From: Candidatus Kaiserbacteria bacterium
GTDB lineage: Bacteria > Patescibacteriota > Minisyncoccia > Phycocordibacterales > UBA2100
DNA: 64,000 nucleotides
NCBI GenBank assembly: GCA_016214605.1
Contig: JACROD010000014.1
Span: 41,074 to 105,073 of the forward strand
Direction of reading: 5' to 3'
Of the stretch, positions 44,405 through 53,298 are shown one piece after another (within the stretch, counting starts at the first letter, position 1; each line of letters opens with the position of its first letter). The notes beneath the pieces are model-generated. The model was not told where the DNA came from. It did no database searches and saw nothing but the letters and a program-made list of their open reading frames with translations. A program made the translations under genes and the position numbers.

Positions 44405-44929
44405 ATGTCTAATCTTCTTCCAATACCAGCAATGCGAGAAATCGCACGCGCGCGCCGAGCGCATTTTCTGCTCGCGGCGTCGTTGTTCCTTTTAGGGGCG
44501 GGTATCGTGGCCGGGGTCATGCTCTTGCCGAGTTATTTGATCGTAGATAGATATCAATCTTCTCTTGAGGAAAGGATTGCGATATTGAGTGCGCCTGCAG
44601 CCGACAGTGCCGACAAAGAACTCATCAAACATATTCAGGAGCGGGTCGATCAGCTCAGGCCATTGATCGCTGCCACCTCCTCTCCGAGCGAGGCGATTGC
44701 GGCGGCACTCGCGTTGCGCCCCGCGGGGATCTCCATCGATCATATTAATTACACCATTGGCAAGACTGGCACTCTGCTGCTTTCGGGTTCTTCAGGTGCG
44801 GGAGATCAGGTAAGTCTGTATCAGCACGCCCTTGCCTCAAGCGACGACTTCGCGGGTGTATCGGTACCGGTGGGAGCACTCGCAGGAGTGGGTGACGGGC
44901 GTTTCAATATCACGATCGTCACAAAATAA
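44405..44929 (+). CDS. pilN: PilN-like pilus assembly protein
   Basis: internal ATG of track ORF 44309..44929, starting 6 nt after pilM stop; short cytoplasmic N-terminus, one TM helix, periplasmic domain. Confidence 0.5.
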   Translation: MSNLLPIPAMREIARARRAHFLLAASLFLLGAGIVAGVMLLPSYLIVDRYQSSLEERIAILSAPAADSADKELIKHIQERVDQLRPLIAATSSPSEAIAAALALRPAGISIDHINYTIGKTGTLLLSGSSGAGDQVSLYQHALASSDDFAGVSVPVGALAGVGDGRFNITIVTK

Positions 44930-44930
44930 T

Positions 44931-45488
44931 ATGAGCAAATCTACTTCGACATATGTTGCTTATGGAGCGTTTGTGGCGACGGTGTGCGTGTGGGCCGGAG
45001 TAGGATTCTTTGTGAATCATATCCAAGACAAGCGCATCGCCTATACTGCTCGAATGGCGGAAGCCGCACAGCAAGCCAATGTCGCGGCCGACGCGGCAAA
45101 GCTACGCATCCTTGCGAATAATAATAGCGAGCGCGCCGCGAAGCTCGATACGATCATGTCGTCCGACGTCCCGATGATCGTCGAAATGATCAAGTCAGTC
45201 GGTACGGTGGCTGGAGTGCCGGTGAAGATCAGTGGTGCCTTGCCGACCTCGGTACCCAAAAATCAAAAAGGCGTACAAGCGGTCGCTTTCATACTTGAAA
45301 GCACTGGCAGCTTCAGTGCGATGATGCGCGTGCTCGCTCTCTTTGAATCGCTCCCCCTCCCGTCGTCGATAGAGATCGTTGATTTGTCGCGGGAGGGTCA
45401 GGGGGCTGGGGTATCCTCGCACGTGTCTCAGTCGTGGCATTTAAACCTCAAGCTACGTGTCATCACGACCGCGACCGTGTCATCATAA
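44931..45488 (+). CDS. pilO: PilO-like pilus assembly protein
   Basis: internal ATG starting 2 nt after pilN stop; one TM helix + coiled-coil + C-terminal domain. Confidence 0.45.
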   Translation: MSKSTSTYVAYGAFVATVCVWAGVGFFVNHIQDKRIAYTARMAEAAQQANVAADAAKLRILANNNSERAAKLDTIMSSDVPMIVEMIKSVGTVAGVPVKISGALPTSVPKNQKGVQAVAFILESTGSFSAMMRVLALFESLPLPSSIEIVDLSREGQGAGVSSHVSQSWHLNLKLRVITTATVSS

Positions 45489-45496
45489 TACCTACT

Positions 45497-45820
45497 ATGA
45501 ACATCTTTCATCACATCAAACATCTACGCACCTATTCTTCCGAGCCGGAATATGCCCGCACGCTTTTTGTCTGGTACTGGCAGGTGCTCGTAGTGAGCAT
45601 GTTTGGCTTAGTGGTGTGTGTGTTTGTTTATGGGGGATGGCAGCTTTTTACCGTTATGAACGATGCCTCATCCGAACAGTCGAATACAACGATCGGCACA
45701 AAAAGCACTCCCATAAACTCTCTGCAGGTAGACATGGTCCTTCAGGGATTTGCAGAGCGACAGGCTCAGTTTGAAACCTACAAAGCGACCACGACCCGCA
45801 TCATCGACCCGAGTCTATAA
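45497..45820 (+). CDS. small membrane protein (pilus-cluster associated)
   Basis: 107 aa from internal ATG; one TM helix. Confidence 0.35.
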   Translation: MNIFHHIKHLRTYSSEPEYARTLFVWYWQVLVVSMFGLVVCVFVYGGWQLFTVMNDASSEQSNTTIGTKSTPINSLQVDMVLQGFAERQAQFETYKATTTRIIDPSL

Positions 45821-45869
45821 GGTAAGGTCGCGTTGACCGCAGCCCTCGGTGCGCATACGATAGGCAGAC

Positions 45870-45941
45870 GCCCTTGTAGTTCAATGGATAGAACACCGGA
45901 CTTCTAAGCCGGCTATGGAGGTTCGATTCCTCCCGAGGGCA
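45870..45941 (+). tRNA. tRNA-Arg (anticodon TCT)
   Basis: 72 nt; anticodon loop cttctaa; T arm ggagg-ttcgatt-cctcc. Confidence 0.85.
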
Positions 45942-46085
45942 CTACTTCGCTCCGAAGCTTCGCAACGGAGCTTCGAAGTGCACGGCACTACAAATACCCA
46001 TATTACGTTGTTACCCTACAAGCGAAGTAGCCCTTCGTAGCTCAGTAGAGCGAAGGAGGGCATATTTGTGGCACGTACAACCGTG

Positions 46086-46333
46086 TTTGACAAATAGGTA
46101 TCAAGTATGCTACACTATCCAGTAGTTAGAACCTTGAAACAGAGCCAAGAAAAAGGCCGAACTACATAGGTGTAACCTATGTAGTGAATGTGCCACAGCA
46201 GAAAGCGACTCTCAAGGAGCTACGGCTCCGAGGTGCCGAATTCAGCAGAATTCGGCCAAAACATGGGTACTTTTCTGCTGTGGCAAGCCTTGGATGGTCC
46301 AAGGAACCGGCAGTACAACAAAAGGAGCTGACC
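46086..46333 (+). promoter_or_regulatory. promoter (TTGACA-17-CTACACT) and about 210-nt highly structured 5' leader of the DGR target gene
   Basis: hairpins ctacatagg/cctatgtag (46162-46184), 12-bp ccacagcagaaa/tttctgctgtgg (46193-46204 with 46272-46283), gccgaattc/gaattcggc (46235-46256), ggagc/gctcc, ccttgg/ccaagg; SD AGGAG at 46323-46327. Confidence 0.45.
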
Positions 46334-46906
46334 ATGTCACAGGACATGCTCGGTGGCTCAGGTGAAGACCTCGGCCTCATTATCGACTTCACGCAGAAGT
46401 TGCGTCATGGGGGGAGTGATTTTCGCGAAGCGGCGAAAAAGTTTCTCCGCAAGACACTTGTTACTTTGACGCTCGGCGACGGGCAAACAAAGACGCAGTT
46501 GCTTGCCGCCTACAACTGGGTCAGTGATGTCGCCCGCGCGTTTGTCATGTCGGAGCAGTTCCGCATGGCCTTTGTGCGCGAAGACGCCGACCTCGAGTTC
46601 GTCGAAGGCAGTGATTTCGATCACGATCCGTCCTCGGAAGAAGTACTCACCGAGCTCAAAAGGCGCGGCCTCGAAGAGCCGACCGAGGAAGATGCTCTGC
46701 GTTACGGTGCCACTTGCCCCGAAGGCAAGGACAAGCGCGCAGTGGTCTTCTTGCACAAGGCGAATCTATGGCGTGACCCGGGCGGCCACCTGGGCGTGTT
46801 GGTCTTCGACTGGGGTGGTTCGAAGCGCTACCTGGGCTGCTACCGGTTCGACGACCCGTGGTATCGGCAGCGCTCTCGGTTCGCCGGGCGCCGTCCCCGC
46901 AAGTAG
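46334..46906 (+). CDS. DGR target protein with C-terminal variable repeat (C-type-lectin/FGE-like fold expected)
   Basis: ATG with AGGAG SD inside track ORF 46184..46906 (track start is GTG inside leader hairpins); C-terminal 45 aa encoded by VR. Confidence 0.7.
   Translation: MSQDMLGGSGEDLGLIIDFTQKLRHGGSDFREAAKKFLRKTLVTLTLGDGQTKTQLLAAYNWVSDVARAFVMSEQFRMAFVREDADLEFVEGSDFDHDPSSEEVLTELKRRGLEEPTEEDALRYGATCPEGKDKRAVVFLHKANLWRDPGGHLGVLVFDWGGSKRYLGCYRFDDPWYRQRSRFAGRRPRK
46768..46902 (+). repeat. DGR variable repeat (VR)
   Basis: 135 nt matching TR 47243-47377 with about 17 mismatches, every one at a position that is A in TR. Confidence 0.85.
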
Positions 46907-46990
46907 CGCTTGGCCCTCGCACCTGTGCACTTGCACTCGGGCTTTTGCTCTTTGTCCTCGCGTCAGAAATGATGCGAGGGCTTTTGTTTG
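46904..46990 (+). other. GC-rich hairpin/terminator immediately 3' of VR
   Basis: gccctcgca (46912-46920) pairs with tgcgagggc (46970-46978), then TTTTGTTT; inner gtgca-ct-tgcac hairpin. Confidence 0.5.
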
Positions 46991-47242
46991 GTATAGTGAG
47001 AACGGTAGTAGGCGAATCTGCCGCAGATCACGGTTTGTGGCGGCTGAATCCAGTATCCTTCAGTCCGGAGCCGCAGAGATTACGGTCGATGCGGGAGCGA
47101 CTGTCGATATTCAAAAAACGAAGATACTTGGCGTGCGATGTCAGGGCATTACGATGCCGAATACGATACAGCCCGGAGAGTATTCGATGGGTGGTGGTAT
47201 CCGAGAATATCGGATGACAGGCATGGACGCCATTGCACGCAA

Positions 47243-47377
47243 ATGGCGTGACCCGAACGGCAACCTGAACGTGTTGGTCTTCGACTGGGATGGTTCGAAG
47301 CGCAACCTGAACTACAACCGGTTCGACAACCCGTGGAATCGGCAGAACTATCGGTTCGCCGGGCGCCGTCCCCGCAA
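47243..47377 (+). repeat. DGR template repeat (TR), adenine-rich (AAC codons)
   Basis: frame encodes N-rich peptide NGNLNVLVFDWDGSKRNLNYNRFDNPWNRQNY…; identical 3' end ggttcgccgggcgccgtccccgcaa shared with VR (IMH-like). Confidence 0.85.
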
Positions 47378-47407
47378 CTCTCTTCATTTCCCGACATATT
47401 CTCAAAC

Positions 47408-47758
47408 TCAAGAATGTGTCGGGTTTTGTTTTGTCAGTTGCCCCTGCCAGCCTCCGAGCATTTTGCCGATTTCGTCGCATTGCAGAGAAAGCGCGGCATA
47501 TTTTTTGTTGTCGAGAGACTTGCTTTCCCAGAGGATGAGGAGCAGGAGCTTTATGGTATCGAATTTGCGTATTGCGGTGCGCAGGTACGGCAATTTCTCT
47601 TGTTTGGCCAAGAATGCGGCAGCCGAAACCATCTCCATCACTTCGACGAACAGCATATCTACTTTTGATCCGACAGTGTACTGATGCAGTTTGGGCAAGG
47701 TAGAATGATACTCATGCCACAACAAATAAGCCTGTTTGATCCGCTCCAGAAGGGGCAA
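47408..47758 (-). CDS. avd: accessory variability determinant (Avd, four-helix-bundle family)
   Basis: 116 aa; C-terminal CDEIGKMLGGWQGQLTKQN parallels Bordetella bAvd AEVGRILGSWIARVNRKGQ; track start is TTG. Confidence 0.65.
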   Translation of the reverse strand: MPLLERIKQAYLLWHEYHSTLPKLHQYTVGSKVDMLFVEVMEMVSAAAFLAKQEKLPYLRTAIRKFDTIKLLLLILWESKSLDNKKYAALSLQCDEIGKMLGGWQGQLTKQNPTHS

Positions 47759-47763
47759 GAGTC

Positions 47764-48837
47764 GTGCGGGGGGGGGGGTACGCCTCTAGGATTGTTTTCA
47801 CTCATACCTACGAGGATATCATCTCTGTAGAAAATCTCCTTGCCGCGTGGCAAGAGTTCGTCCGCGGCAAGCGCCAGAAGCGAGATGTGCAGGATTTCCA
47901 ACATCGCCTGATGGACAACATCCTCGCGCTCCATCGCGATTTGAAAAACAAAACGTACCGTCATGGCGCATACGAAGCCTTCAAGATCAATGACCCGAAG
48001 CCGCGCGACATACACAAGGCGACCGTGCGCGATCGGCTCCTGCACCATGCGCTCTATCGCCAGCTCTACCCCTTTTTCGACCGCACCTTTATCGCGGATT
48101 CGTATTCATGCAGAAAAGGTAAGGGGACGCACAAGGCGATGGATCGGTTTCGGTCATTTGCATACCAAGCGAGCAAGAATCATACGCGTACTGTCTGGGT
48201 GCTCAAATGCGACATCAGGAAGTTCTTCGCATCAATAGATCAAGCAATACTACTCAACATCGTCGAGAAATACATTCCCGACAAAGACATCAACTGGCTC
48301 ATCAGTGAGATCGTCGTGAGTTTCCAGACCCACACAACTATGCCTATAGGACGATCTGTGTGTATGGGGAGAAAAGGCCTGCCTGACCAGCAGGCAGGTT
48401 TGCCGCTCGGCAATCTCACCTCGCAACTGCTCGTGAACATCTATATGAACGAATTCGACCAGTTCGTGAAGCACAAGCTCAAAGTGAAACATTACGTGCG
48501 CTATGCCGATGATTTTGTGGTCCTTTCGCATGATCGCGCAGAGCTCGATCGGCTCCTTTCCAAGATCGAATCTTTTTTGCAAGATAAACTCAAATTACAA
48601 TTACATCCCGACAAGGTTTCGATCTCAACATTCGCCTCAGGAGTGGACTTCCTTGGATGGGTGCATTTTCCCGATCATCGCGTATTGCGGACGAGTACGA
48701 AACGACGGATGATGCGAGGTATTGTCGGACTGGAAAAAGATGATATGCGCGTACGGTCGTACCTCGGACTGCTTTTGCACGGAAATGCAGGAAGGCTTGC
48801 AGTATGTGTTGATTCTCTATGCACACCGCTTGCATAG
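47764..48837 (+). CDS. DGR reverse transcriptase
   Basis: 357 aa; RT motifs including YADDFVV (YxDD) and GLPLGNLTSQLL; N-terminal ENLLAAWQEFVRGKRQKRD typical of DGR RTs; track start GTG. Confidence 0.85.
   Translation: MRGGGYASRIVFTHTYEDIISVENLLAAWQEFVRGKRQKRDVQDFQHRLMDNILALHRDLKNKTYRHGAYEAFKINDPKPRDIHKATVRDRLLHHALYRQLYPFFDRTFIADSYSCRKGKGTHKAMDRFRSFAYQASKNHTRTVWVLKCDIRKFFASIDQAILLNIVEKYIPDKDINWLISEIVVSFQTHTTMPIGRSVCMGRKGLPDQQAGLPLGNLTSQLLVNIYMNEFDQFVKHKLKVKHYVRYADDFVVLSHDRAELDRLLSKIESFLQDKLKLQLHPDKVSISTFASGVDFLGWVHFPDHRVLRTSTKRRMMRGIVGLEKDDMRVRSYLGLLLHGNAGRLAVCVDSLCTPLA
47768..47778 (+). repeat. G11 homopolymer tract within codons 2-5 of the RT ORF
   Basis: gtg cgg ggg ggg ggg tac. Confidence 0.8.
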
Positions 48838-48867
48838 AGTGCGGGGAAACAATGCTATGCTTTCGTT

Positions 48868-49020
48868 ATGAAATTCATGCAATCCGGTATTTTGCCACTC
48901 ATCGGCGCGATGATCGTTTTTGGCGTATCGCTCTGGGATTCCGCAATGACACTCGAAGCCGCGCTCGGTGTCCTGATCTTCCTATCGCTTTATCTGTTCC
49001 TTTTCAACAAGACCGGATAG
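48868..49020 (+). CDS. small membrane protein (50 aa)
   Basis: MKFMQSGILPLIGAMIVFGVSLWDSAMTLEAALGVLIFLSLYLFLFNKTG, not in track. Confidence 0.25.
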   Translation: MKFMQSGILPLIGAMIVFGVSLWDSAMTLEAALGVLIFLSLYLFLFNKTG

Positions 49021-49216
49021 AGTTTTTTACTATTCCCCAAAACGGTGGGATCTGTGTGCATCCGGAAGAGGTCGCGCAACCAAAAAGCCTCTGGCGATAC
49101 GCAAAACCAATTGTCCACAAATTCTTGCGATTTTCATCTTAGAAGTGTATTATGATCGTGTGTCCGTGGGCGCAAGCCTATTTCGGATAAGGAATTCCAA
49201 AGCCGAGGCGGACACA

Positions 49217-49663
49217 TCAGGTACCCTCTACATCTGTTGTTGTAGGGGGTTTTTGATTTTCGCCCAATTTCATCACGCTCCAAAACTGGATTTGACCCTT
49301 GCCTACGCGTCGCAGGACAATGCGCAGTTTGGTGTTTTGTTTCCCGACAACGGCAACCAGAGTCCAATATTCAATCTCTGCGAATACCTTTTTCCTGCTA
49401 CCTCCTATGGGGGAATAACGGCGTTCATAATTGTCTACCTTTTTAGCGTTGTAGATCACGGGGCGTATCAAGGGCACAAGGCCAAGTTTATACATCGCCT
49501 CTTTTGGATTTCTTGGGGTATTGTCTACCTTGAAACGTAGGTGGTTAAATCCTGCCATTGTGAAAATCACATATTCCCTCAGTGCGGGGCAATACATGGG
49601 AGTAAAGGTCTTAAACATGGCCTTACGTTCAAGAAGAAGTATTACGAATGGACTTGCCGACAT
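49217..49663 (-). CDS. hypothetical protein (AT-rich locus)
   Basis: 148 aa ORF in an AT-rich segment between the DGR and the giant surface-protein gene. Confidence 0.3.
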   Translation of the reverse strand: MSASPFVILLLERKAMFKTFTPMYCPALREYVIFTMAGFNHLRFKVDNTPRNPKEAMYKLGLVPLIRPVIYNAKKVDNYERRYSPIGGSRKKVFAEIEYWTLVAVVGKQNTKLRIVLRRVGKGQIQFWSVMKLGENQKPPTTTDVEGT

Positions 49664-49702
49664 TCACCGATGTTATCACATGCCAAGTGCTGTTCATAAA
49701 TC

Positions 49703-52700
49703 ATGAGCGGTACGATTACTATTGCTATACTGATACTTGTTATTTTACTCGCCAACGATCTTACTATGAATCATTTCCGTATTGTGCGCTCCGCGGGGGC
49801 TTTTGTGACTGCTATTACTTTTATCTTCGCGCCAATTTCTCCCGCCCTCGCGCTTGGTGAACTGCCGACCGATGTCACGCCACCGATTATCTCTCTGGGT
49901 ACGGTCACTTCGATCGCCACGTCGTCTGCGACTATCACCTGGACGACGAACACGAATGCGGATACGCAAGTCCATTATGGGACGACATCGAGCTACGGTT
50001 CGAGCTCGTCGCTCGATTCGACCCTCGGCCTGACGCACTCGGTGACGCTTGCAAGCCTCTTGCCCAACATGACCTATCACTATCAGATAGCATCGCGCGA
50101 CGCATCTGGAAATCTGACTACTTCTTCCGATGCGACATTCACTACGAACTCATTGCCGGTCGTGGTCATTTCCGACACCACGCCGCCGTTGGTTTCAAAT
50201 ATCGTTGCTGCGACCGTTTCCTCCGTCGCCGAATCAATCGTGTGGACGACCAACGAATTCGCCACCTCGACTATCCGTTGGAGTACTGACACAAGCTACT
50301 CTTCGACGTTTCTCGTATCCGAAACGGCAGGCCCCACTCATGCCGGTGCCTTGGTCGGACTTTCGCCTTCGACCACATACCATTACTGCATCGACGCGAC
50401 CGACCTCGCGGGCAATACCACAAGCTCGTGCGGGCATACGTTTACTACCGCCGAGGCACCTCTCATTCCCGACACGATCGCGCCGGCCATTGTGGATGTC
50501 GCTTCTATGTCGCTTGAGCCGCATACTGCTACCGTGACGTGGACGACGGATGAGCTTGCGGTCTCGACGCTCGAATATGGCACGACGATGAGTTACGGCA
50601 CTTTGGCTACGCTTTCGGCAAGCGCGCTCCTTTCGCACGCGGCCGAGCTCACCGGCCTTACAGCAAACACCACGTATCACTATTGTCTCCACGCGACGGA
50701 TCTCGCGGGGAATATCACGAATTCTTGCGGCCACTCGTTTACCACGGCCGTTGTGGAGGTGATGCTCGACACGAACCCGCCGACCGTCTCGTCAGTTACT
50801 GTCGCGCCTATCACCACGACTTCGGCAACAATAGGGTGGACGACGGACGAGATCTCGGGTGGCTATGTGGAGTACGGCACGACCATCGGCTATGGCTCGG
50901 AGACCGTATTCGATACCAACCTCGCACTTACGCATGAAGCGACTCTTGCAGGACTAACACCCGACACCATCTATCACTACCGTGTCCACTCGCGCGACGA
51001 GGCGGGCAATACCGTGATAACTCCCGATGAGACATTTACGACCCCGCAAAGCGCCTCCGTTACCGCGGGGCAGGCCGCTTCGATACCGATTATCTCGACG
51101 CCTTCCGATACGACCCCGCCTTCGATACGCGAAGTGACTACGAGCTCCATCGGTTCGACCATTACGACGATAAACTGGACGACCAACGAGCTTGCCGTCT
51201 CGACCTTTGACTATGGCACGACACAAAGCCTCGGCTCCCACGCCGAGCTGTCCGGCAGTGGCTTGCTCACGCACGATGCGACCCTCGTGGGGCTTTCTCC
51301 GAGTACGACATACTACTATTGCATCCACGCGACCGATCTTGCGGGCAACGTCGCTGATTCCTGTGGCCATTCATTTGTCACCGGCGCACCTCCGCTCGTC
51401 CCCGACACGACCGCTCCGTCGGCTACCTCCGTCGTCGTTTCGTCGATTATCGCTGACTCCGCGTCGATTCATTGGACGAGCAGCGAGACGGCGGATTCGC
51501 AAGTGCAATACGGCACGACGATCAATTATGGAATGGAGACCCCCATAGAAGCGGAATCAAATTTTTCCGGTACTGCCTCACTGGCTAACCTTGCACTCAA
51601 TACGACGTATCATTTCCGCATCCGCTCATATGATTCGTCGGGGAATGTCGGGCTTTCGAGCGATTATACATTCACGACCGCCGCATCGTCGGGTTCATCT
51701 GGCACGTCCGCAAATGCGGCCCCCATTATCTCAGGGGTTGGCGCGGGTACGATCGGGGAAACGAGCGCGACGATCAATTGGACGACCGATGTGCCAGCCG
51801 ATTCGCTGCTCGAATATGGCAATAGCGAAAACCTCGGTTCCGGTGCGTCGTCCGCCACACTGACGACTTCGCATGCCATAACGCTCACGGGACTTTCGTC
51901 CGACACCAACTATCAATTCCGCGTCATTTCAAAACCGGCCGGCGGCGCTGCATTCCAGACGACCTCGCCAATGCATGAATTCACAACGCTTGCCGTACCC
52001 ATCATCGTCGATCCGGCAGCCAATATCACGTCTGTCTTGGCTCGAGTGGTCGGAAGCGACGCATCCGTATCATTCACTACTGATGAAATGACGACGGGAC
52101 AAATCGAATACGGACTGGATACTTCGTATGGTTCTGCCGTTGCTTGGAGCGAAGGGCGGGAAGCGGGCACGCTCTCGATCCCAGGATTGCAACCGGGGAC
52201 GTACCACTTCCGCGTGAAAGCGATCGATGTGGGCGACAACATTACGTATTCGGAAGACCACACGTTCATGATTGCCGGAAGCTCTTTCGCGACTTCCACA
52301 CAAGCGCAAACTCAAACTTCAGATGGCAGTTCTTCAAGTGTTGCGGCGCCCGCCTCCGCTGTGTCAAGTGCGGCTCTGGCGGGCAATGGCGGAGGCGGCA
52401 GTTTCGCACTCGCCGTCTCGACGCCGGTACCCAACGTCGTCACGGCGGAAGGTGTCGACTCGCAGATCGTGTTCGCGTGGAGGAATCCGGAGACTTCTAA
52501 TTTTGCCGGTACGGTCGTGCTTCGCAAAGCAGGCGGCTACCCAAGCGGTCCACATGACGGGACTGTGATCTACAATGGCTCGGCACAAACATTCACTGAT
52601 ACGTCTCTTACGAACGGGACGACCTACTATTACTCCCTGTATTCATACAATTCAACGAATCAGTATTCCAATCCGATACACGTATCGACTGCGCCGAAAG

Positions 52701-53245
52701 CGGGAGTGACTGAAGTGAAGATTGATAGAAACGTCGTCCTGGAAAACGCGCTTCCGGCGGAACACTTCATGGAGAATTTGAAACTCGGCGACCAGAATCT
52801 CGAAGTGGAACACTTGCAGCAAGTCTTGAACACTGTGAGTCTGCACCAGAGTCGCCTCACAACCGGTTATTTCGGTCCGCTCACACAGGCGGCACTCAAG
52901 AAATTCCAAGCCACGTATAATCTGCCCCAGACGGGAGTGACGGATCCGGCCACGCGTACAGTATTGGATTCGATCTCTCAAGGATGGATGGTTGAAGGCG
53001 CACCCACCGACATAGCGCTCTTGCAAAAAGATCTCAAGCGGGGCGATAGCGGCGATGATGTCGGCAATCTGCAGGAATTTCTGGCCTTCGAAGGAAGTTA
53101 TGACGAGGCGATCATCTCAAGTTATTTTGGCCTGCTTACTCATGGTGGCGTCAAAGACTTCCAGACAAGGTATGGCGTGACCCCCGTTTCCGGTATCGTC
53201 GGACCCAAGACGCGACACACGATACAGACAGTACTGGGACTCTAA
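49703..53245 (+). CDS. giant surface protein with about 9 fibronectin-III-like repeats and two C-terminal peptidoglycan-binding domains
   Basis: 1180 aa; signal peptide; repeated TPP…TWTT…YGTT…Y…THSVTL.GL.P.TTYHY…D.AGN modules; two PG_binding_1-like segments at the C-terminus. Confidence 0.75.
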   Translation: MSGTITIAILILVILLANDLTMNHFRIVRSAGAFVTAITFIFAPISPALALGELPTDVTPPIISLGTVTSIATSSATITWTTNTNADTQVHYGTTSSYGSSSSLDSTLGLTHSVTLASLLPNMTYHYQIASRDASGNLTTSSDATFTTNSLPVVVISDTTPPLVSNIVAATVSSVAESIVWTTNEFATSTIRWSTDTSYSSTFLVSETAGPTHAGALVGLSPSTTYHYCIDATDLAGNTTSSCGHTFTTAEAPLIPDTIAPAIVDVASMSLEPHTATVTWTTDELAVSTLEYGTTMSYGTLATLSASALLSHAAELTGLTANTTYHYCLHATDLAGNITNSCGHSFTTAVVEVMLDTNPPTVSSVTVAPITTTSATIGWTTDEISGGYVEYGTTIGYGSETVFDTNLALTHEATLAGLTPDTIYHYRVHSRDEAGNTVITPDETFTTPQSASVTAGQAASIPIISTPSDTTPPSIREVTTSSIGSTITTINWTTNELAVSTFDYGTTQSLGSHAELSGSGLLTHDATLVGLSPSTTYYYCIHATDLAGNVADSCGHSFVTGAPPLVPDTTAPSATSVVVSSIIADSASIHWTSSETADSQVQYGTTINYGMETPIEAESNFSGTASLANLALNTTYHFRIRSYDSSGNVGLSSDYTFTTAASSGSSGTSANAAPIISGVGAGTIGETSATINWTTDVPADSLLEYGNSENLGSGASSATLTTSHAITLTGLSSDTNYQFRVISKPAGGAAFQTTSPMHEFTTLAVPIIVDPAANITSVLARVVGSDASVSFTTDEMTTGQIEYGLDTSYGSAVAWSEGREAGTLSIPGLQPGTYHFRVKAIDVGDNITYSEDHTFMIAGSSFATSTQAQTQTSDGSSSSVAAPASAVSSAALAGNGGGGSFALAVSTPVPNVVTAEGVDSQIVFAWRNPETSNFAGTVVLRKAGGYPSGPHDGTVIYNGSAQTFTDTSLTNGTTYYYSLYSYNSTNQYSNPIHVSTAPKAGVTEVKIDRNVVLENALPAEHFMENLKLGDQNLEVEHLQQVLNTVSLHQSRLTTGYFGPLTQAALKKFQATYNLPQTGVTDPATRTVLDSISQGWMVEGAPTDIALLQKDLKRGDSGDDVGNLQEFLAFEGSYDEAIISSYFGLLTHGGVKDFQTRYGVTPVSGIVGPKTRHTIQTVLGL

Positions 53246-53298
53246 GGCTTTGATTCGCACCAACCTAACGAAATAAATGGTGGATCGTTGGGAGAATG

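Noticed and set aside
46503-47684. 393-aa plus-strand ORF spanning the target-gene 3' end, the TR and the avd locus
   Set aside because: It is an open frame through GC-rich DNA. It overlaps the well-supported target CDS in another frame and runs antisense to the Avd homolog. Its only protein-like portion is the TR, which in DGRs is a non-coding template copy of the VR region.
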